The position numbers and the translations under genes are program-made. Shown in pieces: positions 50,669 to 61,604 of a stretch of 64,000 nt of DNA. Positions within the stretch are counted from its first letter, which is position 1, and every line of letters starts with the position of its first letter. The notes under the pieces were generated by a model, which saw nothing but the letters and a program-made list of their open reading frames with translations, was not told the origin of the DNA and ran no database searches. Source of the DNA: Guillardia theta CCMP2712 (taxonomy: Eukaryota; Protista; Cryptophyta); NCBI RefSeq assembly GCF_000315625.1, contig NW_005434612.1, positions 1 through 64,000 on the forward strand, written 5' to 3'.

Positions 50669-53600
50669 TCATCTCTCTCCTCCCCTCAATCTTCCCTCAG
50701 CCTCTTCGAGCTTCTCCCAGGAGACGCGCCAGTCTCGGAGGTTCGTCGAACGGGACCTGCGCCTTGTCAAAGCCCCTCCAACCTCTCCCTCCCTTGCCTC
50801 CCACACCTCTCCGATTAACTTGTGGAAGTCTTCCCACCATTCCAGCATCAGCGGCAAGTAACAAACTCTATCCACTGGATCTTCTCGTCCTGCAACGTCG
50901 TGAGTTTTCTTCCCCTCTCCTGTCTGTCCTCCTCCTCCCCCTCCTCCCCCTCCTCCCCCTCCTCCCCTTCCTCTCCCTCCCCGCCTGCCTCTTTCTATCG
51001 TCCTAACATAACAAATGTTCGGTCCCATACACTGTCTCTTCTTTCTCATCTCAGACTTACTCAGCCATCCCTCCTGCCATGGCTTCGGCAATCCGGTGAA
51101 GTCAAACCCTGCAACCTTGAAATCCGTCCAAACCTGATTGCATGCATGAGGGAAGGAGCAGAAGGGAGAGGTAGCCAATCCAAGAGTGGAGGGGGCAGAG
51201 AAAGGCAAGGGAATCGTGGGAAGGCTTCCTTCCCCAACCTCCTTCCTATCCGCCTTGTAGAGAAGGAGAGGAAAGAAGAGAGGAGAGGAGAGGAGAGGAG
51301 ATTCGAGTAAACTTATGGTCCAACCATCTTGAAGCGCGAAACAGTTCTCTTCCAGGAAATCTGCATGCCCGTCAAACTGCATCAGTTTGATTCTCCCATC
51401 CTCCTTCCCTCCTTCCCCTTCTGTCCTTCCACTCGCTGTGCTGTCCTCCTCCCAATGCAATTCTCTCCCATCCGCCCCCTCGCCTCGCTCACCAGGCTCG
51501 GATGGTACAGGAGATGATCAGGAAACAGCGACAGGAGCAAACCCGCTGAACAGATTGACCAGTCAGACCTTGATAGACGACGAGTTGCCTCGCCTCCTCC
51601 CCTTCCTCTCAATTCCACAAAGTTTTGCATCGTCTCTCTCCCGAAACCTCCTCCCTATCCGCCTTTCCCATTCTCTCCTCTCCCTCTCCCTCTCCCATTT
51701 CAACCTCCCTCGTCTTCCTCCCCGCTCATCCTCGCTTCCTTCTTCAAAGTGCCTCACCGTCACTCCCGTCGTACGAAGGAAGACCCATCGCCCTCTGTCA
51801 AACTCGTCAGAATGGAAGCGACGAGGCGAGCCTGACCTCAACAAGATCCTCGAACTTGTGCTCAGCCGGAAGGCACAGGAAGACACAGGACATGATCCTA
51901 ACAAGACTGAAACCCTTGTTAACACCTGCTCTCTCGTCCCCTGTCTCTCCCTCCCTCCCTCCCTCCATCCATCCATCCATCCATCCATCCATCCATCCAT
52001 CCATCCATCCCTCCATCCCTCCATCCCTCCCTCCCTCCCTCCAATTCGCTCTCTTTCAAATCTTTTCTCCGCTCCTCCTCAATCTTCTTATACAAGTCTC
52101 TCTTCATCGTTCCGTCAGAAGTTCTTCGCCACTTGGTCGCGTATGGATAAGCTCCTGACATCCCTAGCAGTCAAGGCGGCATAATGTAGAATTGAAGGAG
52201 AGAGATCAAATATTCCTCTCACACTCGGACAACAATCATCATTCTCGGATCTTGCCATCTCGAGACACTGTTTCAAAGACAAGAATCTAATGGTCTCACC
52301 CAAACTGAATCGCTCATGAGAGAAAGCTTGATTGGGACAACTGAAGAGGAAGGTGTCTGCATCGAGATACACAACCTGCGTTCCCATCACATGCGCACCA
52401 CCTGACTTCCACTCTCAGCAACCACATCTTCTATCTCATACAAAATATCTTTTCTCACACAACCCTGTTCAATCCTACTCTTTCTGACTCTCTTCAACCG
52501 CTTTAAATTAGGTTGTTCTTGCTCACCCTGTCCCACCGCCCTTTCCTCTTCCCCTCCCCTCTCCTTCCTCCTCCTCTTACCTTCTCATACTCCGTCAGGT
52601 TCCATACATGCAACTTGCTGTAGCCGGCACGCAAGCTCTCTCTGCAACCGTTGAGGAAAGAAGAATCTCGTTACTGCCTTCATCCCTCCTTCCATCCCCC
52701 CGCCTTCTCTTTGCTGAAACGCAAACCTTCCTCCTCCTCCTCCTCCTCCCATCTCCCTGCCTTCTCTTTGCTGACTGCGCTGCTTCCTCCTCCCCCCCAT
52801 CTCTTGCTGGTCACCTGACGACTTCGTTGTACGGAGAGTAAATCGGATCAATCAACTTCACTTTGACGTCTGCAGGAAGAGTAGAAATTAGGCGTTTGAG
52901 CTTAGCAAGGGCCAAGTTCGTTTTCACCGTACTGCTGCAACATTGTCCTGAGATTCAGAAGCTCCCCAATGTGATTTGCAAGCAAGATCAGGACATCTCT
53001 TGCCTCCTTCAACTCAATCTCAGTTGATGCTGCATGAAAACAGCATTCTCTCGTACATCATCTTTGCACACTGTCCGAATTGCTCGTACAAGCGTAAGAG
53101 CTCCGAAGATGTAATCTTCGCTAAATACGATGGTCACCCAAGCAGATTTTCTCTCTTGGGATATCACGGCAGGAGTTTCGCTACGTCCGTGTCTTGCTTC
53201 ATCTGGGCACCTTGAAAACCTATCAGACATCTTCGACTTCAAAAAACTCTTTCACGTTTCATCGGCCGCGAGCTTGACCTCCAGCTCGTGCTCCTCCCCG
53301 ACTCTGTGAGAGATCCAGTCTTGGACCAAGTCGCCATTCTTGATCGCATTCAGCTCGACAAGAGAGAAGGTGAACTTCCGCAAGGATGAACTTCTCCCGA
53401 CATCCTCACACATGAACTTCTCGGTATCATTCAGCACAAGGACAGGCTGATCGTCAAACCCTTCTACTACAAGATATGCTTCACGAGGGACTTGCATGAC
53501 GTCAACCGTTGAAATCTTGTCTCTCATTACATGCTTCACTTCAAAGACCCTTCATCTTACCTGGACTCGAGCGCAACTCAGATTGAAATTTTCTCCTACG

Positions 53601-54455
53601 CTTTTCTCCGCTTCATCATGCACATACGGGGCACGTCTAGAAATCCGTACGAGAATCTTAAGAAGGTCTTATGCTTCCATCTCAACAACATGCTCAAGTT
53701 TTCACCTGGAGATTGTTTGCAGGAGAAATACTCGATATGCACCTACACATGTCTATTCATTGCGATTGCAGTAGGGTGTGATATTCACCGATGTTTGATG
53801 TTCTTGGAAGCAAATCCATTACATACAACATCCATAGGCATGTAGTTGTATTCAAAATCTAAAGGTAGTGAAGTCAGGAACGATCGTCGATGAGCTCAAT
53901 CAGGAAAGTATTCATCAACCCTCCTCCCATGCGTGCTCAGAGCTTCAGCATGCAAATCTCACCGGTCTCATAGATCGGTTCCGAAGAAACAGTGAACGTT
54001 GTCATCAATCTCTGCAAAAGCTCCTCCTCCTCTTCACCATGGAGGCTCCCTGATGGCGCGAGCATGTCGACTGTCAGAACATGGTTCCCGGGCTCTGCCT
54101 TGACCTTGTGCTCCCTCCATGTGCTGCTCCCCACATACTGCACGCCAACTTCTACCATCTCCTCTCCATCAAGTTGGAATCGCAGGTAGCTTCCTTGCAG
54201 CGGCTTCTCGATGCCGTAGGACAAGACAAAGTGCCCATCAGGGCACGTGCTTCCTTCCAAAGGAGAGAACAAGGTGACTCTCGTGCTCGGGTAGCTCGGG
54301 TTCACATAGCGTCCTCCTACTGGGAGCCACCACAGCATGTGCAACTCAGCATCATGCTGAGCTCTCGAGTGGATCGTGTCGTGCGCTGAAGTAGAAGCGC
54401 TCGGCAGGGATTGAGCGAGCAGAATGAGCACATGTACAGGGATGGAACGTGACAT
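50669..54455 (-). CDS. Secreted GT8-family (glycogenin-like) glycosyltransferase with a long N-terminal extension, multi-exon
   Basis: Signal-like N-terminus; [23 protein letters not shown] (GT8 start), VVYLDADT (DxD), DFTGLPKPW (the HxxGxxKPW position). Confidence 0.72.
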
Positions 54456-55119
54456 GGTCGACTTGTCTCAGTCAGACTTTCTCATCAGTCCTGACAGATC
54501 TCCCCCTCCCATCTCCTCCTCTCATCTCATCGCTCCATCTCCTCCTCCCATCTTCTCTCATCGTCTCTCCCCATCCTCCTCCCAGGGCAGGATCACCCAT
54601 GAGAAACCATGATCCGCATCTAACGAGCCTTCACTGGGATTTCTCTAGGGATTTCTTTGGCAGGGAAAATTGAGCGGGGATGAGGTTGACCGGCGCATGG
54701 AGACCCCTGCAACCCAGCATGGCGGCAGCGGTAGCGCAGAGATCATGAAGGAGGAGGAGGAAGTGAGGGAGAAGAGAGGGGTAGAGGATGAGGTAGAGGT
54801 GAGGAAAGGTAATATTGAGCAGTGAAGGAGGGAGGGATCAAGGCTTGTATGATACCATGAGTTCAACCGTGTTTGCTCAGCGTTCAGTTAATGATGTGTA
54901 GTTGCGCATGTCTGTTTTTCGGCACTTTTTGTCCATCTAGAAGATCTATAACTCTGCAGGAGTGACTGTCTACAATTGGTGTGAGTGCTTTTTTTTGATG
55001 TCATCAAAAATATGTTCTAGATTATTGTGATCATTTTGGAAAGATATACCTTGAAACCTTTCATGGACGTACATTGAATATTAAGTCGTTGGTTGATTCT
55101 GTTGCAGAACTAAGAAACC

Positions 55120-56016
55120 ATGTTCGCCAATAAAGCCATTCCAACGCCTTCAAAATCAGGGGAAAATAAAGGTATCTTCAAAAAGATGAACTCAACAGGA
55201 CAAGCTGGCAGCAACAGCCAAGACGGTTCGAGCCGTAGCTTGACTCATGGATCGGATCTGGACATCTTCAAAGCAGCGTCTGCTGGCTCCTTGAACCTGC
55301 TCAAGGACCTCATTGCTGCTGGCCAGCCCATCGATGCTACGGACGAGTCTCGGAGAACAGCTCTTCATCATGGTTCACGAGGAGGCTATTATGAGCTGGT
55401 TGAGTACCTCCTGGCAGCCAAGGCAGACCCCAAGGCAAAGACCAAGGAGAACGGGTGGACCCCTCTGCATGAAGCGAGCTCAGGTGAAGTGGCGGAGCTA
55501 CTTATCCTATCCAAAGCAGAAGTCAACGATTTTGATGCCTGGGGGATGTCCCCCCTTCACATCGCCGCGAAGGAGGGCAACGTTGACGTGGTGCGATGTC
55601 TGGTGCAGTACAAGGCTCTCCTGAACCCGAAAGACGGCCTGGGTCGAACTCCCCTCCACCTCGCCTCGCAGAATGGACACCTCGAAGTCGTCCAGGAGCT
55701 GGCGTCCGACGGCGCAAACTTGCACTCTCTTGACAACAAGCACAGGACCGCGAGGGACAATGCGATGAGTTACGGGCATCGAGAAATCACCAAGGAGTTC
55801 GAGAAGATCGAGGAGCTTCTCGGTACCATGGGCGTCGGAGGAGAATCCCTGCGAGCGCTGCCGGCAGGATCTCCGGCCAGGCTCGCGAAAGGACCGAACA
55901 ACAGCCCGATCGTGCGCCCCAAGACAGCAGATCGCGTCTTCGATGATACGGATGAAGGAGCAGCAGCGGGAGGAGGGAAACCGAATGAAAGCCAAGTATT
56001 GAAGTTTGATGATTGA
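55120..56016 (+). CDS. Ankyrin-repeat protein
   Basis: RTALHHGS, GWTPLHEA, GMSPLHIAA, GRTPLHLAS repeats in an intronless 298-aa ORF. Confidence 0.93.
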   Translation: MFANKAIPTPSKSGENKGIFKKMNSTGQAGSNSQDGSSRSLTHGSDLDIFKAASAGSLNLLKDLIAAGQPIDATDESRRTALHHGSRGGYYELVEYLLAAKADPKAKTKENGWTPLHEASSGEVAELLILSKAEVNDFDAWGMSPLHIAAKEGNVDVVRCLVQYKALLNPKDGLGRTPLHLASQNGHLEVVQELASDGANLHSLDNKHRTARDNAMSYGHREITKEFEKIEELLGTMGVGGESLRALPAGSPARLAKGPNNSPIVRPKTADRVFDDTDEGAAAGGGKPNESQVLKFDD

Positions 56017-56498
56017 CGTTTGTTGCTTCTGTTTTCTTGATCTGACAATTGCTTCGCCCTCATGCTTATTCACATGTTTTGTGTTGGTTTTCTTATAGAC
56101 TCAACAAAGTTCAAAGGTTTCAAAATAAAAGATCGCATGTCGACCGTCTCTGACACTCGCGGATCAGTTGATGGTTGATAAAGACTTGAAGCAGGCTACA
56201 TGCCGTTCACTAAGGGCCGCAATTTACTGAGCGAATTCAAGTCGTAACGAGGACCACCAGAAGAGGCGATCAAGAGGCTTGACCCTGATTTCAAAGTGCG
56301 AGTCTGATCAGAGCAAATTTAACTAAAACATTAGTACCTACGCTACGCAATGCACTCGGAGCTTCCATATTGAAGACCTCTACCTCACCAGCCGAGGCTC
56401 ACACCGACTCACTGTCAGCCAATGCTAAGGCCCGGGATGAGGGAAAAGACACTCGGACATAACCTTGAAAGCTCCTTGAGGAACAAGCCTGTAGATCC

Positions 56499-57957
56499 GA
56501 TGGAACGTATGCCAGCCGTGCCAGTCAGATAGCGCCGAGTTAACAAAAACTCTCCTGTAAACCAAGACGACTTACGTGGCAGGCGGCAATGTAGTACATG
56601 TGACGAAGAGGAGGCCTTCCTAGCCGTCTTGCTAAGGTCCCCTCATGTCTGGATGCTTGGGTTTCACATCCTAGTATACAGTCTATCTCTCATGTGCTCC
56701 TCAATTCTGGTTTCGTGTGCATTAAACTCGGTCTTGAGCAAAAACTGTCTTGTTGAGATTAAGGTCGATGTGATATCTGCGTGACTTTGGACTAGTACAA
56801 GTCTAACAAACTTGTATTCCGTCGGTTATGAGCCTCGATTACATGCTCAATCATGTTGATCTTATATTTGGTTAGTTGAATCTTTTCAGTACTGGAGTTT
56901 TTTCTTTCTTGGTATCGTTTCGTTACTGTCGAAAATTCATGCAATTCAAGCCTTACAAATTCGGATGACTCCTCTCTTCAATCAGGCTCTCTCTCTAGCC
57001 GCAAGTTGTTTAGGCCTCTCATCTCAGCCTCAATTTGTTTGATTGATCTTCGAATTGGAAAAACAAGCCTTTCCCCAGCCAGATTGGTCGGTCGAATATC
57101 TGCTTAACCGTGTGGAAACGCACTTGAAGCTGATTCGATTTTAATCTTCTTGATCTTTGAGTAGGATCAAATGGAACTACCAGGAGATCTGGCGGAAGTT
57201 TTCATGTCATGGAGCTAGGCTGTGGCATGCATAACTGGAGCTACTTCTGGATCGGCGAACAAGGTACAACTGCACAACAACAATCTTCGAATGCCTTGAA
57301 ACGGATGTTCCATCTCGCGGCAGCAATCTCTGGTCACAAGTTCTTTACGGTTCAAAATTTATCTTTTGGTCTTCAAATGCCGGCGGGCACGCTCTCTCTC
57401 TCTCTCTCTCTGTTATCTGAACTCCGAAGTTCTCTCCTCAGACTCTCTTATCTTATCCTCCTTCTCTCGTCATTGCATCAGCTCGCCAGGCATCTCCCTT
57501 ATCTCTGCACTGCACATCTAATAGCCCTGCATGAAAATATTCTTCAGAATGGACAATCCTTGAATGGTTATTGCCCGCTCAGCTTGACTGTGAACTTGAC
57601 GTTGTATCATCGTATCTTGACTTGGATCTGCTGACATTCTTGTTTGTGTGACTTTCAGACGTCCGATGTAACGTACTATTTCAGAAACTCGGGGGGAGGA
57701 TGGAACGTATGCCAGCCGTGCCAGTCAGATAGCGCCGAGTTAACAAAAACTCTCCTGTAAACCAAGACGACTTACGTGTTTGCGAGGCGGCCAATGTAGC
57801 GTGTGTGGACGAAGAGGGGGCTTTCCTAGCCGTCTTGCTAAGGTCCCCTCATGTCTGGATGCTTGGGTTTCACATCCTAGTATACAGTCTATCTCTCATG
57901 TGCTCCTCAATTCTGGTTTCTTGGACTAGTACAAGTCTAACAAACTTGTATTCCGTC
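56499..57957. repeat. Direct repeat pair, about 56499-56823 and 57699-57957 (the second lacks about 70 bp)
   Basis: Shared gatggaacgtatgccagccgtgccagtcagatagcg...ttggactagtacaagtctaacaaacttgtattccgtc. Confidence 0.9.
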
Positions 57958-58551
57958 AAGATCAGTGCACGGTCGAAGGATCCAGGACTGGACCATCCTT
58001 TCCTCCAAGTCAAGACCATCCTCAAGACCATCCTGTGATCCGCCGCAGTGCCAGACCGTCGCAGGCTCCAACAGGCGGGCCCGCGGCTGTGACCTGGCCG
58101 CCGGGCCCCGCGGGGGCAGCCGCCGGGGGGGCGGGTGACGGTGGGCTGGGTGGGGGGGGGGGGCGGCAGGCCCGCGACCCCGGGCCCGGGTCCGCCGGCT
58201 GCAACATAAGCTTCACAGGACCATATCCGGCAGTTTGGCGGCAAGGTGCAGCGCCCGGCGGAGCGAATCGTGAAGGGGAGGGCGAACAAGGAGGGAAGGG
58301 GGGGGGACGATGAGACTGAGTCAGAGAGAAGAGATATACATAAAGGTAGACAGGTGAAGGGTAGATGAGTCTCATTGCATCAGTAGTTCGGAGTACCTAA
58401 GACGAAGGGCTTGTACGGATGGAGTAACTCGCAGTCTGATTGCTTTGGTTGCAGACTCCTGTGTACTGGGCGCTACTTTGTTGTCTGCAGCAGCATGCTA
58501 TCGGACTTTGTCACGGAGTTGAGGCGAGCAGTTTCTTCATAGCCTTCACTG

Positions 58552-60869
58552 ATGCAACGCTGGTCTCCATACGTCTGGTTTCTGGTTTTCCTATGTCTGA
58601 ATGACAACACCTGGTCTTCAGTTAGCACTTTCCGTGCTCCAAATCCGCGAGCTGGAACGATACGTGTCACTCTGCATGTCTTATCGAGAGTGAGGTTCAA
58701 ACCTTTGAGGATCAGGGGAGGAAATGTGAAGGAAGAAAGCCAACAGGTCAAGTGCACAGCATGCGGCAATCTCGCTGTGAAGAGGTATGGCTCCTTACCT
58801 ACTCCCCTGCATCTGAATTTGCTGCCAGGACTGTGAACAAAGCTGGTCCAAACAAAGGAAGGCAGTTCTTCACCTGCACGTCAAGTCAACCGACTTGTCG
58901 GAAATTCTTCAAATGGGATGATGGAAATGTGGGAGGGGCAGATGAGAGAACGCAAGGTGGCGCGCAGTCCGGCAGCTTGAACGGATCTCCGTTCTCTCGT
59001 GTTGGAGTGTCACCACCAACTATCGTTCAGAGAGTTGCACAACAAGACGGTGATGATTTGAACACATATCGCATCTCGACAAAGTTTGATAACATCCTCA
59101 GGTTCTGTTATTCTACGTAATGCAAGCACGGGGACCTTCTTGGCAAGGTCTCCACATGGAGTTATGATGAACATGACTGAAGATGCTGTAATACTTTCTT
59201 GCCGCATTCATGCAGTCGGTGTAATCATTGGAACAGATGCGAAATAGAAGATTGGAGGAGGATAGCAGGCATGACTGGCCAAGGACAGAGCAAACGCCTC
59301 TGCTTTCTCCACGCCATGCTACCACTCTTTCGGGAACACCTTTCCGCCCGAGACACTATGGTGGTGATCAAAACAGATTACAAGACCCGCAGACCCCTAG
59401 AATAGATTTCTCTAACCTGTTTTCTTCACTTAGAGAAGACTCGATCGAGTCACCCCATGGCAAAAGGCATTCGCCAGGATTTGGTGCTGCCCATGAGAAC
59501 CCTTCGCCCGGTGGCTTTGGATTAGCCAGCATGTCCTTGCCGGGTCGTTTGCCCGCAGGTGCTACGGGGTTTCGATCAGCTTCTGGATTCAAACCCCCAA
59601 GGCCTGCAAACCTTCAAAATCAGGAAAATTTTGGTCAAGAATGCCCTGGGGCATTTCGCACGTTTGCTGTTGGAGTTGGAGAAGCAAGTTTGCGACCTCT
59701 CGAGAAAAGAAGAGGCCCGATCTTGTTGGGAAATGGAAGCTCAGGAGAGTTTTCGTCTGTGGAATTCTATCGCTCGTCATCTGGTCCTGCACAGGTAAAA
59801 ACGCGAAATCCATCATCTGACAGTGATGCGCAACCTGATGCAGAGTAACCTTCATGTCATAAATGCTCAATGGCAGTTCCATGGATGCAACATTTTATGC
59901 CAGGGAGGGATTGCACTGATGTGCGTGAAGGTGCAGAGAAGATGGAACGGAAACAAAGGGTTTGATTCGCATTGCCCAGGCTGCAGAGGTTGCCTTAGAT
60001 CGATGCAAAATCGGTGGAATATCGGGTGAGGACCCAGCCAGCTGGTCTTCGGATGGGTTGGTAGCCATGGCCGATACCACTTGCTCCCTGGAGGTCGAGA
60101 AAATTCATTTTTCGTGCGTGACACTGACGATGTTTCATCCAGGAATGTGTCGTAGAAAACAACGGCAACGTTGGCGTGCTATCTCATGTAGGTTCTTCAG
60201 AAGTGACGGTTTTGAATTGTACCATGAGGAACAACTTCATTGCAACTGTGAGTTGGAATGTGCTCATTGATCTACTGCTCTGAATCTCCCTGCAGGGTGT
60301 CGATGATTCCTCCTCGTTGACTATCCAATTTTGTCATCTCTATGGCAATCAACACGGCGCAGTTTTTATCGGAGGGTCTGCGCAACGTGCTGAGGTCAGC
60401 TGAGTTGGGGGCATTGTCAAGCGCTCTGTCATTTGCAGTTGCGCGATCTGAACTTTTCTGCAAGGTTGAGGTAACGAATAGCAGCATCGACGGGTTTGTT
60501 TGGTTGGGTCGAAAGGAAATATTGTGCAAAGTCGTCTTCGAAGGCAACACTTGTTCAAACCAGACGGATCTTGCGTCGGAGGCATCCGAACTCAGTAGAA
60601 TGTCTCCTGGAAGGTCAGTTGGGGAGCTTCAGTTAATCCTTCCCTGACACGGGCAGTGCAGCTACACCTGGAGATCGGTCGAGGAGGCTGCTTCCAACAA
60701 ACCCACATCTGTGTCCCCCAGTGTTCGTCTCTGCAGCCTACAGGTAGCGAATATTTCTCAGTCAGTTGGAATCCATGAGCCCATTGAACATTTACAGAAT
60801 GCGGAGGAGAGCGTGGAGGAAGCGATCTCGCACCGCGAGGCCCTGGATGCCGTTCGCTGCATTCTGTAA
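58552..60869 (+). CDS. GRF zinc-finger protein with probable C-terminal parallel beta-helix repeats, multi-exon
   Basis: VKCTACGNLAVKR/TVNKAGPNKGRQFFTC...CRKFFKWDD is a zf-GRF; later exons WQFHGCNILCQGG, VALDRCKIGG, ECVVENNGNVGV...LNCTMRNN look like beta-helix repeats. Confidence 0.68.
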
Positions 60870-61604
60870 GCCGTAGATCGATTTGTGGAGTTTCACGACT
60901 TTAGAAAAATGTTGGTGATTGATGTAAATGTCTGGTAACTTAAATAGCCATGAGTCCCCCGGCTGGGTGACAGATGGTAGCCTGGTGGTTTACTAACTAA
61001 GTTAGTGCAAAAAAAAACTGCCGCCGGGCGGCCTTGCCCAGTATAGCCTAGTAGCAGAAACCCTTCAGTGTATCTCCAGCCGGGCCGGGTCACGCCCGGC
61101 GGCCGGGTGATAAGGTTTAGGTTCAGGTTTTGGTTCAGATGTGATTGTCCTGAGGCGGCCCGTGATTTGCATGATGATTCCTACAAACTCATCAGTATTG
61201 GTAGCTTGATCCCTGACAGGGATCCAGCGAGGTGTCTACCAAAGTACTAGTCCTAGACTTAATAAATCTATCATGTGGGGTGGGGTGGAGGATAAAGTAA
61301 CTTGCCAGGCTAGTTCCTGGCTAAAAACTTGACCACCCCCATTTTCCCCTTCTACTACCCTACCTTGACATGCCTAGAGCTAGGAATCCCGCTCGATAAA
61401 TCCTTGGCCTTGCTCCCGCTTCCTACCTTCCGCTACCTCCGCACCCGCCGCATCTCTTCCTTCCTCTCTCAACCTGATCCGATCTCTGCTTCTCCTCTCC
61501 ATCTCCTCACTCTCTGTCCCTCTGTCTGCCTCACTCTGATTGAAGTGAAGGAGCTTCCCTCTTCCTTTCCATAGCCCTCCCGTTCTCCCTTAGAAAATCT
61601 CAGG

